A stretch of 39,797 nt of DNA from an uncultured Mycoplasmatota bacterium (GCA_949289505.1 CASEOP010000048.1:1-39797), one strand, 5' to 3'. Numbered from the stretch's first letter, positions 8,198 through 17,835 are shown. Notes: generated by a model from the letters alone, not told the origin. A program made the numbers and translations.

Positions 8198-9082
8198 ATG
8201 TATGATTTAATAATTATTGGCATGGGTATATCAGGAATAAGTGCAAGTATATATGCAAAAAGAGCAGGAATGAAAGTATTGCTGTTAGATGGTAGTGCTC
8301 CAGGAGGTACGATTAATAAAATTAGTAACATCGAAAATTATCCAGGCGCGTCTCCTATAACAGGACCAGATTTAGCTTACAAACTATTTTCAGAAGTTAA
8401 TAACATGGAAATAGAGTATAAATTTGAAAAAGTAACAAGCGTATCTTTAGGTAAAATAAAAAAAGTAATTACTTCTAATGGTGAATATGAAACAAAATTT
8501 ATTTTAATAGCAAGTGGAAGAAGGCCTAAAATGCTAGGTTTAGAAAATGAAGAAAAATTATTTGGAAAAGGCATAAGCACGTGTGCTTTATGTGATGGAA
8601 CTCTTTATAAAAATAAAGACATAGCTGTTGTAGGAGGTGGCTCATCAGCTTTAAGTGAAGCCTTATATTTATCAAATTTAGCAAACAAAGTTTATCTTAT
8701 TCATCGCCGAGAAGAATTTAGAGGTGAAAGCGAGTTAGAAAATCAAGTAAAAGCTAAAGAAAATATTGAATTAATATTAAACAACGAAATAACTAAATTA
8801 AAAATAGATGATGAAAAACTAACAGGAATTATCTTAAAAGATGGCAAAAGTCTAAATATAACCGGATTATTTGTCTATATTGGTTTTATTCCTAATACTG
8901 AGTTTTTAAAAGACACCAACATAAACATTGAAAATGGTTACATTTTAGTTAATAATTGCCAAGAAACAAACATAAAAAACGTATATGCAAGTGGTGATGT
9001 TACCAAAAAAGAAATATACCAAATAATTAATGCTGCTAGTGAAGGTGCTATAGCAGTTATAAACATGAATAGTAAAAGTTAA
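8198..9082 (+). CDS. trxB: Thioredoxin-disulfide reductase-like FAD/NAD(P)-dependent oxidoreductase
   Basis: FAD-binding motif YDLIIIGMGISGISASIYAKRAG, redox-active CALCDG, NADPH motif VVGGGSSALSEALYL..HRREEFR, and C-terminal ASGDV. Confidence 0.75.
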   Translation: MYDLIIIGMGISGISASIYAKRAGMKVLLLDGSAPGGTINKISNIENYPGASPITGPDLAYKLFSEVNNMEIEYKFEKVTSVSLGKIKKVITSNGEYETKFILIASGRRPKMLGLENEEKLFGKGISTCALCDGTLYKNKDIAVVGGGSSALSEALYLSNLANKVYLIHRREEFRGESELENQVKAKENIELILNNEITKLKIDDEKLTGIILKDGKSLNITGLFVYIGFIPNTEFLKDTNINIENGYILVNNCQETNIKNVYASGDVTKKEIYQIINAASEGAIAVINMNSKS

Positions 9083-9103
9083 ACTCAAAAATTGAGTTTT
9101 TTA
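9081..9103 (+). terminator. Rho-independent terminator after trxB
   Basis: Stem actcaa / ttgagt with loop aaa, followed by a T-run. Confidence 0.6.
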
Positions 9104-9132
9104 TTTCCCAAAATAACATAAAATATTAAAAT

Positions 9133-9881
9133 GTGCAATTTAAGGAGGTTGAAAAGACAAAAACAAAAAAATTTATATCAGTAGTTATAAGCATTATAAA
9201 TGAATTTAACTTAGTTCCATTATTGAATACATTAGATGTAATTTCAGAAAAAAATGGTAATGCCTCAATAATTATAGAAAATCAAGAAAATAGCGAATTA
9301 GCTTTAAATCAATTAAAAAATAATATAGATGACAAATGGCATTTTAATTGGTTTTTAGTCATATTAGACACTGATTTAAGTTCACTAATTTCTAAAATTA
9401 ACGCCAAATCACTAAGCCTATATATTAATACTGAAAAAGAAAATATTTCCTATAAAATAAATGAAGGAGTAGAAAGTTTATCACTATCCTTAACACATGA
9501 GGTGGAAACTAAAAAAATATTTATTTAGAAATACCAAACTCATTAAAAAAACTACATATTAATTGCGCCAACATTGAATCATTACAAATAGCAGATATTA
9601 AAAATGCTTACTTAGATGTTATCTCCTATAATAATTTAAATTTAGATTTTTTAATACAATCAGGTTATCTTGATTATCCTCAATTTTCTATTAACTATGC
9701 TTGGCAAAATACCATAAGAAAAGATGCTTCTACTAATTACAAGATACTAATTGAAATAAACTACCAGCCTATAGCAGAAATTAAGTTACAAAAAGATAGC
9801 AATGGTAAAACTACCGGTATAATTATAGAGCCATTAAAGGAAATTGGAGATTTAAAACTAATGCGAACAAAATCTCATTAA
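9133..9881 (+). pseudogene. Hypothetical gene split by a frameshift at an A7 homopolymer. The two frames are 9133..9528 and 9513..9881.
   Basis: ORF 9133..9528 ends at TAG 9526-9528. The -1 frame is open from 9513 to TAA 9879-9881 (about 120 codons) and has no ATG/GTG/TTG near its 5' end. The two frames overlap at the run of seven A at 9511-9517. One extra A would fuse them into a protein of about 250 aa. Confidence 0.55.
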
Positions 9882-9942
9882 TAAAAGCTATCCAAAATGT
9901 TTTTTTTATGCTATACTTATAACACATAATAGAGGTGTAGTA

Positions 9943-11001
9943 ATGAAAAAGAAGTTAAAAAAGAAAAATGTTATTATTTTATCTATAATTGCCATAATTT
10001 TAATTGTGAGTATAATATCAAGTATAATATTATTATCTAAAGATAATAAACCAAATAACTCTAAAAAAGAAAATAATGATTTGAAAGAAGAAATAAAAGA
10101 AGAAGAAAGAGTTAAAATAGTTGATTTAAATAGCACGTCAAGACCATATGCTGTAATGATTAATAATATAGGAGCAGCAAGACCTTATCACACCGGTTTA
10201 CAAGATGCTTATTTAGTTTATGAAATAGTTGTTGAAGGTGGAATTACAAGATATTTAGCACTTTTCAAAGATAAAAATAACGAAGTTGTAGGTAATATTC
10301 GTAGTGCAAGACACTACTATTTAGATTATGTTATGGAAAATGATGCATACTATGTTCATTGGGGTTGGTCACCACAAGCCCAAAGTGATATATCAACCTT
10401 AAATATAGATAATTTAAATGGACTTACATATGGTTCTCCTTATTTCTTCCGTCAAAACATAAGTGGTGTAAATATTGAGCATAAAGCATTTACCAATTTA
10501 AAAGAGTTAAGTAATTTAGTTAATAAATTAGGATACCGTACCAAAACCAATAAAGACTTACTATTAAATTATAGTGCAACTCCAATTGAAATAGAAGATG
10601 ATGCTAAAGAAGCAAATAATATTGATATAAAGTATTCTAATAGTTCTACTACAAATTATGTATATGACAGTACAAATAAAAATTATAAACAATTTGTAAA
10701 CGATAAAGAGCACACTGATTATGCTACCAAAGAACAATATGCGGTAAAAAATATAATTATTTATCAAGTAGGAAATAGTACAATTACTAATGATGATAAA
10801 GGTCGCCAAGAATTGGATAATATTGGTAATGGCAAAGGCTATTTTATAACTGAAGGCAAACAAATTCCAATAACTTGGGAGAAAAAATCTCGTTCAAGCC
10901 AAACGATATACCGCTATTTAGATGGTAAAGAAATAACTGTAAATGATGGAAACACATGGATACATATTGTACCCAAAACTGGAAACATAAGTATTTCATA
11001 A
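9943..11001 (+). CDS. DUF3048 domain protein (YerB-like), membrane-anchored
   Basis: N-terminal TM (VIILSIIAIILIVSIISSIILL) followed by RPYAVMINNIGAARPYHTGLQDAYLVYEIVVEGGITRYLALF, which is characteristic of DUF3048. Confidence 0.75.
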   Translation: MKKKLKKKNVIILSIIAIILIVSIISSIILLSKDNKPNNSKKENNDLKEEIKEEERVKIVDLNSTSRPYAVMINNIGAARPYHTGLQDAYLVYEIVVEGGITRYLALFKDKNNEVVGNIRSARHYYLDYVMENDAYYVHWGWSPQAQSDISTLNIDNLNGLTYGSPYFFRQNISGVNIEHKAFTNLKELSNLVNKLGYRTKTNKDLLLNYSATPIEIEDDAKEANNIDIKYSNSSTTNYVYDSTNKNYKQFVNDKEHTDYATKEQYAVKNIIIYQVGNSTITNDDKGRQELDNIGNGKGYFITEGKQIPITWEKKSRSSQTIYRYLDGKEITVNDGNTWIHIVPKTGNISIS

Positions 11002-11032
11002 AAAAAAGCATAATATTAAATAGGAGGTTCTA

Positions 11033-11272
11033 ATGGATACATTTATTAATTTTTTATTAAACAATTATATATGGTTTTTAGTTATTTCCTTGATATTAAT
11101 ATTTGCTTTAATTGGCTATTTAGTAGATGTCAATACTCCTAAATATAAAAAGACAAAAATAAAGCCAATAGCACCGATCAAAATGACAGAATCAAATAAT
11201 GTCCACCCTTCAGTTGAAGCGTACACAAGTGACCAATTTGACGAGCCCTTAATCAAAGATAAAAGTGCATAA
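11033..11272 (+). CDS. Small membrane protein, hypothetical
   Basis: 79-aa ORF with an AGGAGG RBS and one TM helix (IWFLVISLILIFALIGYLV). Confidence 0.5.
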   Translation: MDTFINFLLNNYIWFLVISLILIFALIGYLVDVNTPKYKKTKIKPIAPIKMTESNNVHPSVEAYTSDQFDEPLIKDKSA

Positions 11273-11322
11273 TTGCATTTTTTTAATTTCTATCTTTAAT
11301 TGTCAACACGTCCTAAAAATAT

Positions 11323-11350
11323 TTACATTTTTAAATAACTTAGCTATAAT
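11323..11350 (+). promoter_or_regulatory. Promoter candidate for rubrerythrin
   Basis: TTACAT (11323-11328), 16-nt spacer, TATAAT (11345-11350). Confidence 0.4.
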
Positions 11351-11370
11351 AAATAGCGGAGGTAATATTT

Positions 11371-11910
11371 ATGGAATTAAAAGGATCAAGAACTGAAGCT
11401 AACTTAATGGCAGCTTTTGCTGGAGAGTCTCAAGCACGAAACAAATATACATATTATGCATCTCAAGCTAAGAAAGATGGCTATGAGCAAATTGCAGCTA
11501 TTTTTGAGGAAACAGCTAATAACGAAAAAGAGCATGCTAAAATGTGGTTTAAAGAATTGCATGGAGGCAAAGTACCAGATACTTTAAGTAATCTTAAAGA
11601 TGCTGCTGAAGGTGAAAAATATGAATGGACCGAAATGTACAAAGAATTTGCTGAAGTAGCCCGTGAAGAAGGATTTGACCGTATTGCTAATTTATTTGAA
11701 GGTGTAGCTGCTATTGAAAAAACACACGAAGAAAGATACATGAAACTTGTTGGAAATATTAATGATAATCTTGTATTTGAACGTGGTGAAGAAGTAGTAT
11801 GGATTTGTCGCAACTGTGGCCACATACATGTAGGTAAAACGGCACCAAAAGTATGCCCTGTATGTGCCCATCCTCAAAGTTATATGGAACTTCGTCAAGA
11901 GAACTATTAA
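11371..11910 (+). CDS. rbr: Rubrerythrin
   Basis: Ferritin-like di-iron domain (TEANLMAAFAGESQARNKYTYYA, EKEHAKMW, AIEKTHEERY) plus a C-terminal rubredoxin-like CRNCGH...CPVCAHP. Its more GC-rich codon usage is consistent with high expression. Confidence 0.92.
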   Translation: MELKGSRTEANLMAAFAGESQARNKYTYYASQAKKDGYEQIAAIFEETANNEKEHAKMWFKELHGGKVPDTLSNLKDAAEGEKYEWTEMYKEFAEVAREEGFDRIANLFEGVAAIEKTHEERYMKLVGNINDNLVFERGEEVVWICRNCGHIHVGKTAPKVCPVCAHPQSYMELRQENY

Positions 11911-12008
11911 AAGTTCTTTTTTCTTTTTAAAAAGAATAGATAAATAAAATATAATTTTTATTGCATTTTATCTATCTTATGCTAAAATAGATGGCACGGT
12001 GATATAAA

Positions 12009-13064
12009 ATGATTTTAGAATATTTTGCTGACATAATTGAATTCTTACCCAGCGAAGTAACTGACAATTTATATTTTAAACAAATTATAACGGCACTAGA
12101 AAATGATTTAAAAGGCAAAGTAGCTGATAATAACATCTCAATAAATGTAAATAGAGAAATGTTTATCAAAATTACAACTATTTATCCAGAATTATCTAAT
12201 GCTTTAACTTTAACTAATAATCCCAATAATATTTTATATTTGCTATTTTTAACTAATGAGGGTTTAATTTCTTTAAAATTAGAAAAAACAAATGACGAAT
12301 ATAATTTAGTCACCAATGTAATTAATTATGGCAATACCAAAAAAATTAAATTAAGCATAGGAAAAACTAAAATGAGATTGGAAATAATAGAAGATGTCGA
12401 ACGCAATCAAGTTTTAGTAAGTTATAAACATAATATTAAATATTATGATCTAAATTATAACCAATTAAATATTGATACGGAAAAAGAAGTAGATGAAATA
12501 TTTGCTGAAAAATTTGGTATCCCGCTTAATAAAGCAAGATATTATCGCTTAAATTTTAAGGACAACATTGATTATTTAAATAAATCAATGATTATTAGTT
12601 TTACAAGATATTTAGAATTACATTTCGATGATATGGTATTCCATGGCCCATTAAACATTAACGATTTAGAAAAATATATATATTATTTATGTGATAGAGA
12701 AGTTGGCATTAAACACAATAAGATAGAGGACTATACTAATACTAACAAATTACAAGAAACAATTAATAATTTAAAAGCATATATAGGTGATAGTGAAGAA
12801 ATTATTATTTCTGATAATTTATATCAAAACCTAAGTTTTTATTTAATGGGATTTACCAATAATATATTGTATATAAGTGGAAAAATTATTAAAAAACTAA
12901 ATGGAATATATTATTTATATTACATACACATAGAAAACAATCAAGTATTAGGAATGACTGGTAAATTATCTGAAAATAACATAGATGCAATAATAGACAA
13001 AAATCTAACTAGCAACGACCTAGAAAATATAAGCACTTTTTTTGGCAAAGGTAGAATAATATAA
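12009..13064 (+). CDS. Hypothetical protein (351 aa, no recognisable motif)
   Basis: Long ORF with host-like composition. I recognise no family. Confidence 0.55.
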   Translation: MILEYFADIIEFLPSEVTDNLYFKQIITALENDLKGKVADNNISINVNREMFIKITTIYPELSNALTLTNNPNNILYLLFLTNEGLISLKLEKTNDEYNLVTNVINYGNTKKIKLSIGKTKMRLEIIEDVERNQVLVSYKHNIKYYDLNYNQLNIDTEKEVDEIFAEKFGIPLNKARYYRLNFKDNIDYLNKSMIISFTRYLELHFDDMVFHGPLNINDLEKYIYYLCDREVGIKHNKIEDYTNTNKLQETINNLKAYIGDSEEIIISDNLYQNLSFYLMGFTNNILYISGKIIKKLNGIYYLYYIHIENNQVLGMTGKLSENNIDAIIDKNLTSNDLENISTFFGKGRII

Positions 13065-13093
13065 TTGCAAAAAATTTATTATAGTGCTAAAAT
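13065..13093 (+). promoter_or_regulatory. SigA-type promoter candidate for the pheST T-box leader
   Basis: TTGCAA (13065-13070), 17-nt spacer ending in TGC (extended -10), TAAAAT (13088-13093). Confidence 0.5.
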
Positions 13094-13099
13094 ATGTTT

Positions 13100-13309
13100 A
13101 TAAACATTGATTAAGTTTATAGTAATAATTTTTACTTCTTTCAAGAGAAAAAGTAACGTGGCTGAAATTACTTTTAGATAAGAAAAATTATGAATTTCAA
13201 ACTTAGGAGTTTTAATAGTAAGTCGTGCTATAAACGAATTAAGTGCTAGATATTCTAGAAATTGGGTGGTACCACGGAAATATTTCGTCCCATATTCTAG
13301 AATTTTTTT
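13100..13309 (+). promoter_or_regulatory. T-box riboswitch leader (tRNA-Phe sensing) with intrinsic terminator
   Basis: Conserved T-box sequence AAATTGGGTGGTACCACGG at 13259-13277. The terminator arms are ttctagaaattggg (13253-13266) and cccatattctagaa (13289-13302), followed by T7. There is an AGAGA-like element near 13143. The candidate UUC specifier, followed by A, is at 13196-13198. The leader lies directly upstream of pheS. Confidence 0.85.
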
Positions 13310-13330
13310 AATTTAAAGGAGGAACAAATA

Positions 13331-14338
13331 ATGGAACAAAAATTAAATGAATTAAAGGAAAATTTAAAAGCAGAACTTAAAATAGCAACTAAAGAAGCGG
13401 ATTTATTAAATATTAAATCTACCTACATTGGCAAAAAAAGTGAAATATCTTTACTTTTATCAAATTTAAAAGATATGAGTATTGAAGATAAGAAAATATA
13501 TGGAAGTTTAATAAATAATACTAAAAAAGAAATGGAAAGTATTATAAATAACCGGTTAGAAGAATTAGAAAATAAAAGTAACATTACTTTTGATGATACA
13601 ATAGATTATCCAATAAACACCGGTTCATTACACCCTATAACAATTATAGCTAAAGAAATAACTGACATTTTAAAAAGAATGGGATTTACAGTTGTAACTG
13701 GTCCAGAAATGGAAAGTGAATACTACAACTTTGAAGCCTTAAATGTCCCAAAAGATCACCCTGCAAGAGATATGCAAGACACTTATTTTCTAGATAATGG
13801 AATGCTTCTTCGTACCCAAACAAGTGATAATCAAATTCATGCAATGGAAAATTACGGAGCTCCCTTAAGAATATGTGCTCCAGGAAGAGTATTTAGAAAT
13901 GAAGATTTAGACGCGAACCATGAAAATACATTTTTTCAAATTGAAGGCATGGTTATTGATAAAGGAGTGTCAATTGAAAACCTATTATATGTAATGCAAA
14001 ATTTACTTAGAGAAATATTTCAAGAAAATGTTTTAGTTCGTTTACGTCCCGGTTTCTTTCCATTTACTGAACCAAGTTATGAAATGGATATGTCATGTTT
14101 AATATGTGGCGGCAAAGGTTGTCCAACTTGTAAAAATAGTGGATGGATAGAAATGGTTGGAAGTGGAATGATACATCCAAACGTTTTAAAAGCAGGAGGT
14201 ATTAATCCTGATGAATATACTGGTTTTGCTTTTGGCTTTGGCTTAACAAGACTAGCTATGATGAAATATAAAATAAATGATATTCGCGTTTTAAATAGTG
14301 GTGATATTCGCTATTTAAAGGAATTTAATATAAATTAG
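13331..14338 (+). CDS. pheS: Phenylalanine--tRNA ligase alpha subunit
   Basis: Motifs HPITIIAKEI, PKDHPARDMQDTYF, GRVFRNE, FFQIEGMV and GFAFGFGLTRLAM. Confidence 0.95.
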   Translation: MEQKLNELKENLKAELKIATKEADLLNIKSTYIGKKSEISLLLSNLKDMSIEDKKIYGSLINNTKKEMESIINNRLEELENKSNITFDDTIDYPINTGSLHPITIIAKEITDILKRMGFTVVTGPEMESEYYNFEALNVPKDHPARDMQDTYFLDNGMLLRTQTSDNQIHAMENYGAPLRICAPGRVFRNEDLDANHENTFFQIEGMVIDKGVSIENLLYVMQNLLREIFQENVLVRLRPGFFPFTEPSYEMDMSCLICGGKGCPTCKNSGWIEMVGSGMIHPNVLKAGGINPDEYTGFAFGFGLTRLAMMKYKINDIRVLNSGDIRYLKEFNIN

Positions 14339-14347
14339 GAGGTTATT

Positions 14348-16672
14348 ATGTTAATATCATGTAATAAATTAAAAACTCATATAAAAAATCCTGAAGATAT
14401 AGATTGGCTAAATATTTGGCAAACGTTTACTCTTCGAACTGCCGAAGTAGAAAATGTAACTAAAAAAGGAACTAATTTTGATAACGTTGTTGTAGCCCAA
14501 ATAAAAGAGTGTGAGCCTCATCCCAACAGTGATCATATGCACACATTAAAAGTTGACTGTGGTGAAAGAGAATTAATAAACGTAGTATGTGGAGCGCCTA
14601 ATGTTCGTGTAGGACTTAAAACTGCATATATTAAAGTCGGAGGCCACATAGATAATATGGAAATTAAAGCCAAACCACTAAGAGGAATATTATCAAATGG
14701 TATGTGCTGTAGTGGCAAAGAATTAGGTATTAGTGATAATCATGATGGCATAATTGAATTACCAGATGACTACAAAATAGGTGAAGATATAAAAAAATAT
14801 TTACCAATTGAAGATATAATAGTAGAAATTGATAATAAATCTCTTACAAATAGACCAGACTTATGGGGCCACTATGGTATAGCAAGAGAAATATGTGCTA
14901 TAACCAGTCATGAATTATTGCCTCTTGAACTACTAGAAATAAATAATAATTTAACCGATTTAGATATAAAAATCAATGATGATAACTTATGTTACCGTTA
15001 CACAGGACTAAAAATTGATAACATCACAAACAATAATACACCCCTAGATATGCAAATATTTTTATATTATGTTGGTATGCGTTCTATATCACTATTAGTT
15101 GATTTAACCAATTATCTTATGATGGAACTTGGTCAACCAATGCATGCTTTTGATGCAAGAGTTGTAAAAAATATCGAAGTTGGCCTAGCAAATGAAAATG
15201 ACACATTTGAAACTTTAGATGGAGTAGAAAGAAAATTAACCAAAGATACTTTAATGATTAAAAATGGTAATGAATATTTTGGCATTGCAGGTATTATGGG
15301 TGGCTTAGACAGTGAAATATTAAATGACACAACATCGGTTTTTATTGAAAGTGCCTGTTTTAATGCTGCTAATATTAGAAAAAGTGCTATAAACTTAGGA
15401 CTTAGAACTGAAGCTTCAGCTCGTTATGAAAAAAGCTTAGACCCTAATATGACAGATGTAGCCATCAAAAGACTAGCTTATTTATTAAAGCAAGAAAATA
15501 AAGAAATGCACATTGCATCTAATTTAACTGACATATACAAAAATCCATTAAAAGAAAGTCAAGTAAATTTAGACAAAAAAACTTTAGAATTATATATGGG
15601 TCAAGAATTAGATGATAATCTTGTTAAAAATATATTAGAAAGTTTAGGTTTTACTATCCTAATAAAGCCTGATAGTTATGATGTAACTATTCCAACCTTT
15701 AGAGCGACTAAAGACATAAAAATAAAGGAAGATATAATTGAAGAAATAGCAAGAATATATGGTTTAGAAAATTTTGTCCCAAAACCATTAAAATTAGATC
15801 TTACTATTGTTGAGCATGAAACAGTTTACAATCAAGAGTATGAAGTAAAAAGATTATTAGCAACTAAATTTAATATGCATGAAGTAAATAGTTATATATG
15901 GTATAATACTGACTTATTAAAAGAACTAAATATAACTAAGAAAAATGTAAGTTTATTAGGCAAAGAAACCAACAATATTTTAAGAGATGATTTAAGTTTA
16001 TCATTAATGAGTATTGTTAAAGAAAACTTTAAAAATTATTCTCAATTTACTTTATTTGAAATCGGAACGGTTATAAAAAATAACGAAAATAAACGCATAT
16101 TAAGTATTATTTTAACTGATAATGAAAAAAATATAGAAAAAATTTATTTAGAAGCCAAAAGTATAATAAAATATATCTTTAAAATGTTAAAAAACAAGAA
16201 TGTTAACTTCACGGATAATATAAACGAATATTCATATTATGATGTCAATCTCGGAAAAATAATAAATATTGATAACACTAAAATTGGAACATTAAATGTT
16301 TTAGCTAAAAACTACACAAATAAAATAAGCAAGAAAAAAGCTATAGTTTGCATTGATATAGATTTTGACAAGTATGTTACCCTAACTAAAAAAAATCTAA
16401 TAGCTAAAGAAGTAAGCAAATATCCTGAAGTTGAGTTAGATTACACTATTATTTTAGAAAATAAAAAATATACTGATTTAGAAAAAGTTTTAAATACTTT
16501 CCAAAGTAAATTAATAAGAAATTATGTTTTAAAAGAAGTTTATGAAAACAAATATATGATAAGATATGTTTTAGGGAATGAGTATAAAACTTTAGAACAA
16601 AAAGATCTTCAAACTTTTAAAGATAGATTTATCAAACATATTAAAGATAATGGCCTAAATATAATAGAATAA
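14348..16672 (+). CDS. pheT: Phenylalanine--tRNA ligase beta subunit
   Basis: N-terminal tRNA-binding domain (VVAQIKECEPHPNSDHMHTLKVDCG), B3/4 and B5 regions (DNKSLTNRPDLWGHYGIAREI, GIAGIMGG), and a position right after pheS. Confidence 0.93.
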   Translation: MLISCNKLKTHIKNPEDIDWLNIWQTFTLRTAEVENVTKKGTNFDNVVVAQIKECEPHPNSDHMHTLKVDCGERELINVVCGAPNVRVGLKTAYIKVGGHIDNMEIKAKPLRGILSNGMCCSGKELGISDNHDGIIELPDDYKIGEDIKKYLPIEDIIVEIDNKSLTNRPDLWGHYGIAREICAITSHELLPLELLEINNNLTDLDIKINDDNLCYRYTGLKIDNITNNNTPLDMQIFLYYVGMRSISLLVDLTNYLMMELGQPMHAFDARVVKNIEVGLANENDTFETLDGVERKLTKDTLMIKNGNEYFGIAGIMGGLDSEILNDTTSVFIESACFNAANIRKSAINLGLRTEASARYEKSLDPNMTDVAIKRLAYLLKQENKEMHIASNLTDIYKNPLKESQVNLDKKTLELYMGQELDDNLVKNILESLGFTILIKPDSYDVTIPTFRATKDIKIKEDIIEEIARIYGLENFVPKPLKLDLTIVEHETVYNQEYEVKRLLATKFNMHEVNSYIWYNTDLLKELNITKKNVSLLGKETNNILRDDLSLSLMSIVKENFKNYSQFTLFEIGTVIKNNENKRILSIILTDNEKNIEKIYLEAKSIIKYIFKMLKNKNVNFTDNINEYSYYDVNLGKIINIDNTKIGTLNVLAKNYTNKISKKKAIVCIDIDFDKYVTLTKKNLIAKEVSKYPEVELDYTIILENKKYTDLEKVLNTFQSKLIRNYVLKEVYENKYMIRYVLGNEYKTLEQKDLQTFKDRFIKHIKDNGLNIIE

Positions 16673-16677
16673 AAAAT

Positions 16678-16706
16678 TTGACAAGTCGTCCAAAATGTGC
16701 TAAGAT
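16678..16706 (+). promoter_or_regulatory. SigA-type promoter candidate
   Basis: TTGACA (16678-16683), 17-nt spacer ending in TGC, TAAGAT (16701-16706). Confidence 0.45.
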
Positions 16707-16735
16707 AATACACATCTTTAGGAAGGGGGATAAAA

Positions 16736-17107
16736 ATGGTATATAATTTTATAAATGATGATGAAATTAAATACACTGAAGAGGTAAGGAAATATGTTGA
16801 TGGTGCAATATTACCATCTCTATCAATGGGTTATGATTTAGATACTGCAAGGGAACAAAGTAATTTAGTGCTTTTAAGAACTCTTTTAGAAAATGCTGAT
16901 TTACGTAGCCAAGTAGTTAATAAAATTGTAGAGTATGGCATTCAATTTTCGATGTTATCATACAAAAATACTTTATCAGACAATTTAAGACAACAAGTAT
17001 TTATGAAAAGAATTTATTCATTCTTAGACTACAATCAAATTTCTTTACTAGTTAAAATGTTTATGCAAAAAATTGCATTAGAAGAAAACCAAAAACATTC
17101 AAGATAG
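16736..17107 (+). CDS. Hypothetical protein (123 aa)
   Basis: ORF with a GGAAGGGGG RBS. No recognisable family. Confidence 0.5.
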   Translation: MVYNFINDDEIKYTEEVRKYVDGAILPSLSMGYDLDTAREQSNLVLLRTLLENADLRSQVVNKIVEYGIQFSMLSYKNTLSDNLRQQVFMKRIYSFLDYNQISLLVKMFMQKIALEENQKHSR

Positions 17108-17118
17108 AATGTTTTTTT
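17095..17118 (+). terminator. Weak rho-independent terminator candidate
   Basis: Stem acattc / gaatgt with loop aagata, followed by T7. It overlaps the stop codon. Confidence 0.4.
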
Positions 17119-17153
17119 ATATCTAAATTTACATTATTTAAACACAAAGGTAC

Positions 17154-17182
17154 TTGCTTTAAAGAAAAAATTTTAGTATAAT
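17154..17182 (+). promoter_or_regulatory. Promoter candidate for the orphan TasA-like gene
   Basis: TTGCTT (17154-17159), 17-nt spacer, TATAAT (17177-17182). Confidence 0.4.
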
Positions 17183-17206
17183 TAAAACTAGAATAGGGTG
17201 ACAAAT

Positions 17207-17794
17207 ATGGAAACAAAAGATACTACTAAAAAAAGATTAGTATTAGCATCTTTAATAATTGTAATGTCAATCGTTATAATTGGTATAAGCATTTCATACG
17301 CATACTTTTTAAATACAATTGAAGAAGTAAATAGTTCTAATCAAGGTCTAAATATTACTAGTGGAGAATTGACTATGAATTTTACTACTGAAAGATATAT
17401 AAAAACTAATAGTGCTTCACTAATAAATGATGCTGAAATAACTAGTAAAGCAGATTATACTTCTTTTAGTGTAACTATGCCTAGCTCATCATCTGCTGAT
17501 TCAGCCACATATAATTTATACTTGACGGAACTAAATATAAGTGATAATTTAAAAAATGGTTATGTTAAATGGGCATTATATGATGGCTCTGGTTCAAATC
17601 AAATAGCTAATGGTAATTTTGCTAGTGCAACAACAGGAACAAATTTAACATTAAAAAATAATATAACTATTAGTAAAGGCAATACTAATTCATATCGTTT
17701 ATACATATGGTTAAGTAATGATCCAAATAATAATCAAATTGATTTATTAAATGGCACGTTAAGTGCTAAAGTAGGATTTACCGCAACAACATAG
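17207..17794 (+). CDS. Secreted TasA/camelysin-like protein with a SipW-type signal peptide (paralog 1, orphan location)
   Basis: Signal peptide KKRLVLASLIIVMSIVIIGISISYAYF ends in the (G/S)x(F/Y)AYF motif of SipW-cognate signals. The body aligns by eye with the 34811 and 33321 proteins: SATYNLYLTELNIS against SATYAIVLDISNNTF, and NSYRLYIWLSNDPNNNQIDLLNGTLSAKVGF against TYNYTLEINYVDTNANQNHNANKTFNGNVKVEF. The ORF track starts at GTG 17198, but ATG 17207 has the better RBS spacing. Confidence 0.7.
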   Translation: METKDTTKKRLVLASLIIVMSIVIIGISISYAYFLNTIEEVNSSNQGLNITSGELTMNFTTERYIKTNSASLINDAEITSKADYTSFSVTMPSSSSADSATYNLYLTELNISDNLKNGYVKWALYDGSGSNQIANGNFASATTGTNLTLKNNITISKGNTNSYRLYIWLSNDPNNNQIDLLNGTLSAKVGFTATT

Positions 17795-17820
17795 CTTAGA
17801 AGCAATTCTAAGTTTTATTT
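17795..17820 (+). terminator. Rho-independent terminator
   Basis: Stem cttagaa / ttctaag with loop gcaa, followed by ttttatttt. Confidence 0.6.
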
Positions 17821-17835
17821 TGGTAATTTTTAGTA

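Noticed and set aside
11911-11945. AU-only hairpin (ttcttttt / aaaaagaa) after rubrerythrin as a terminator.
   Set aside because: The stem is entirely A-U and no T-run follows, so it is too weak to call.
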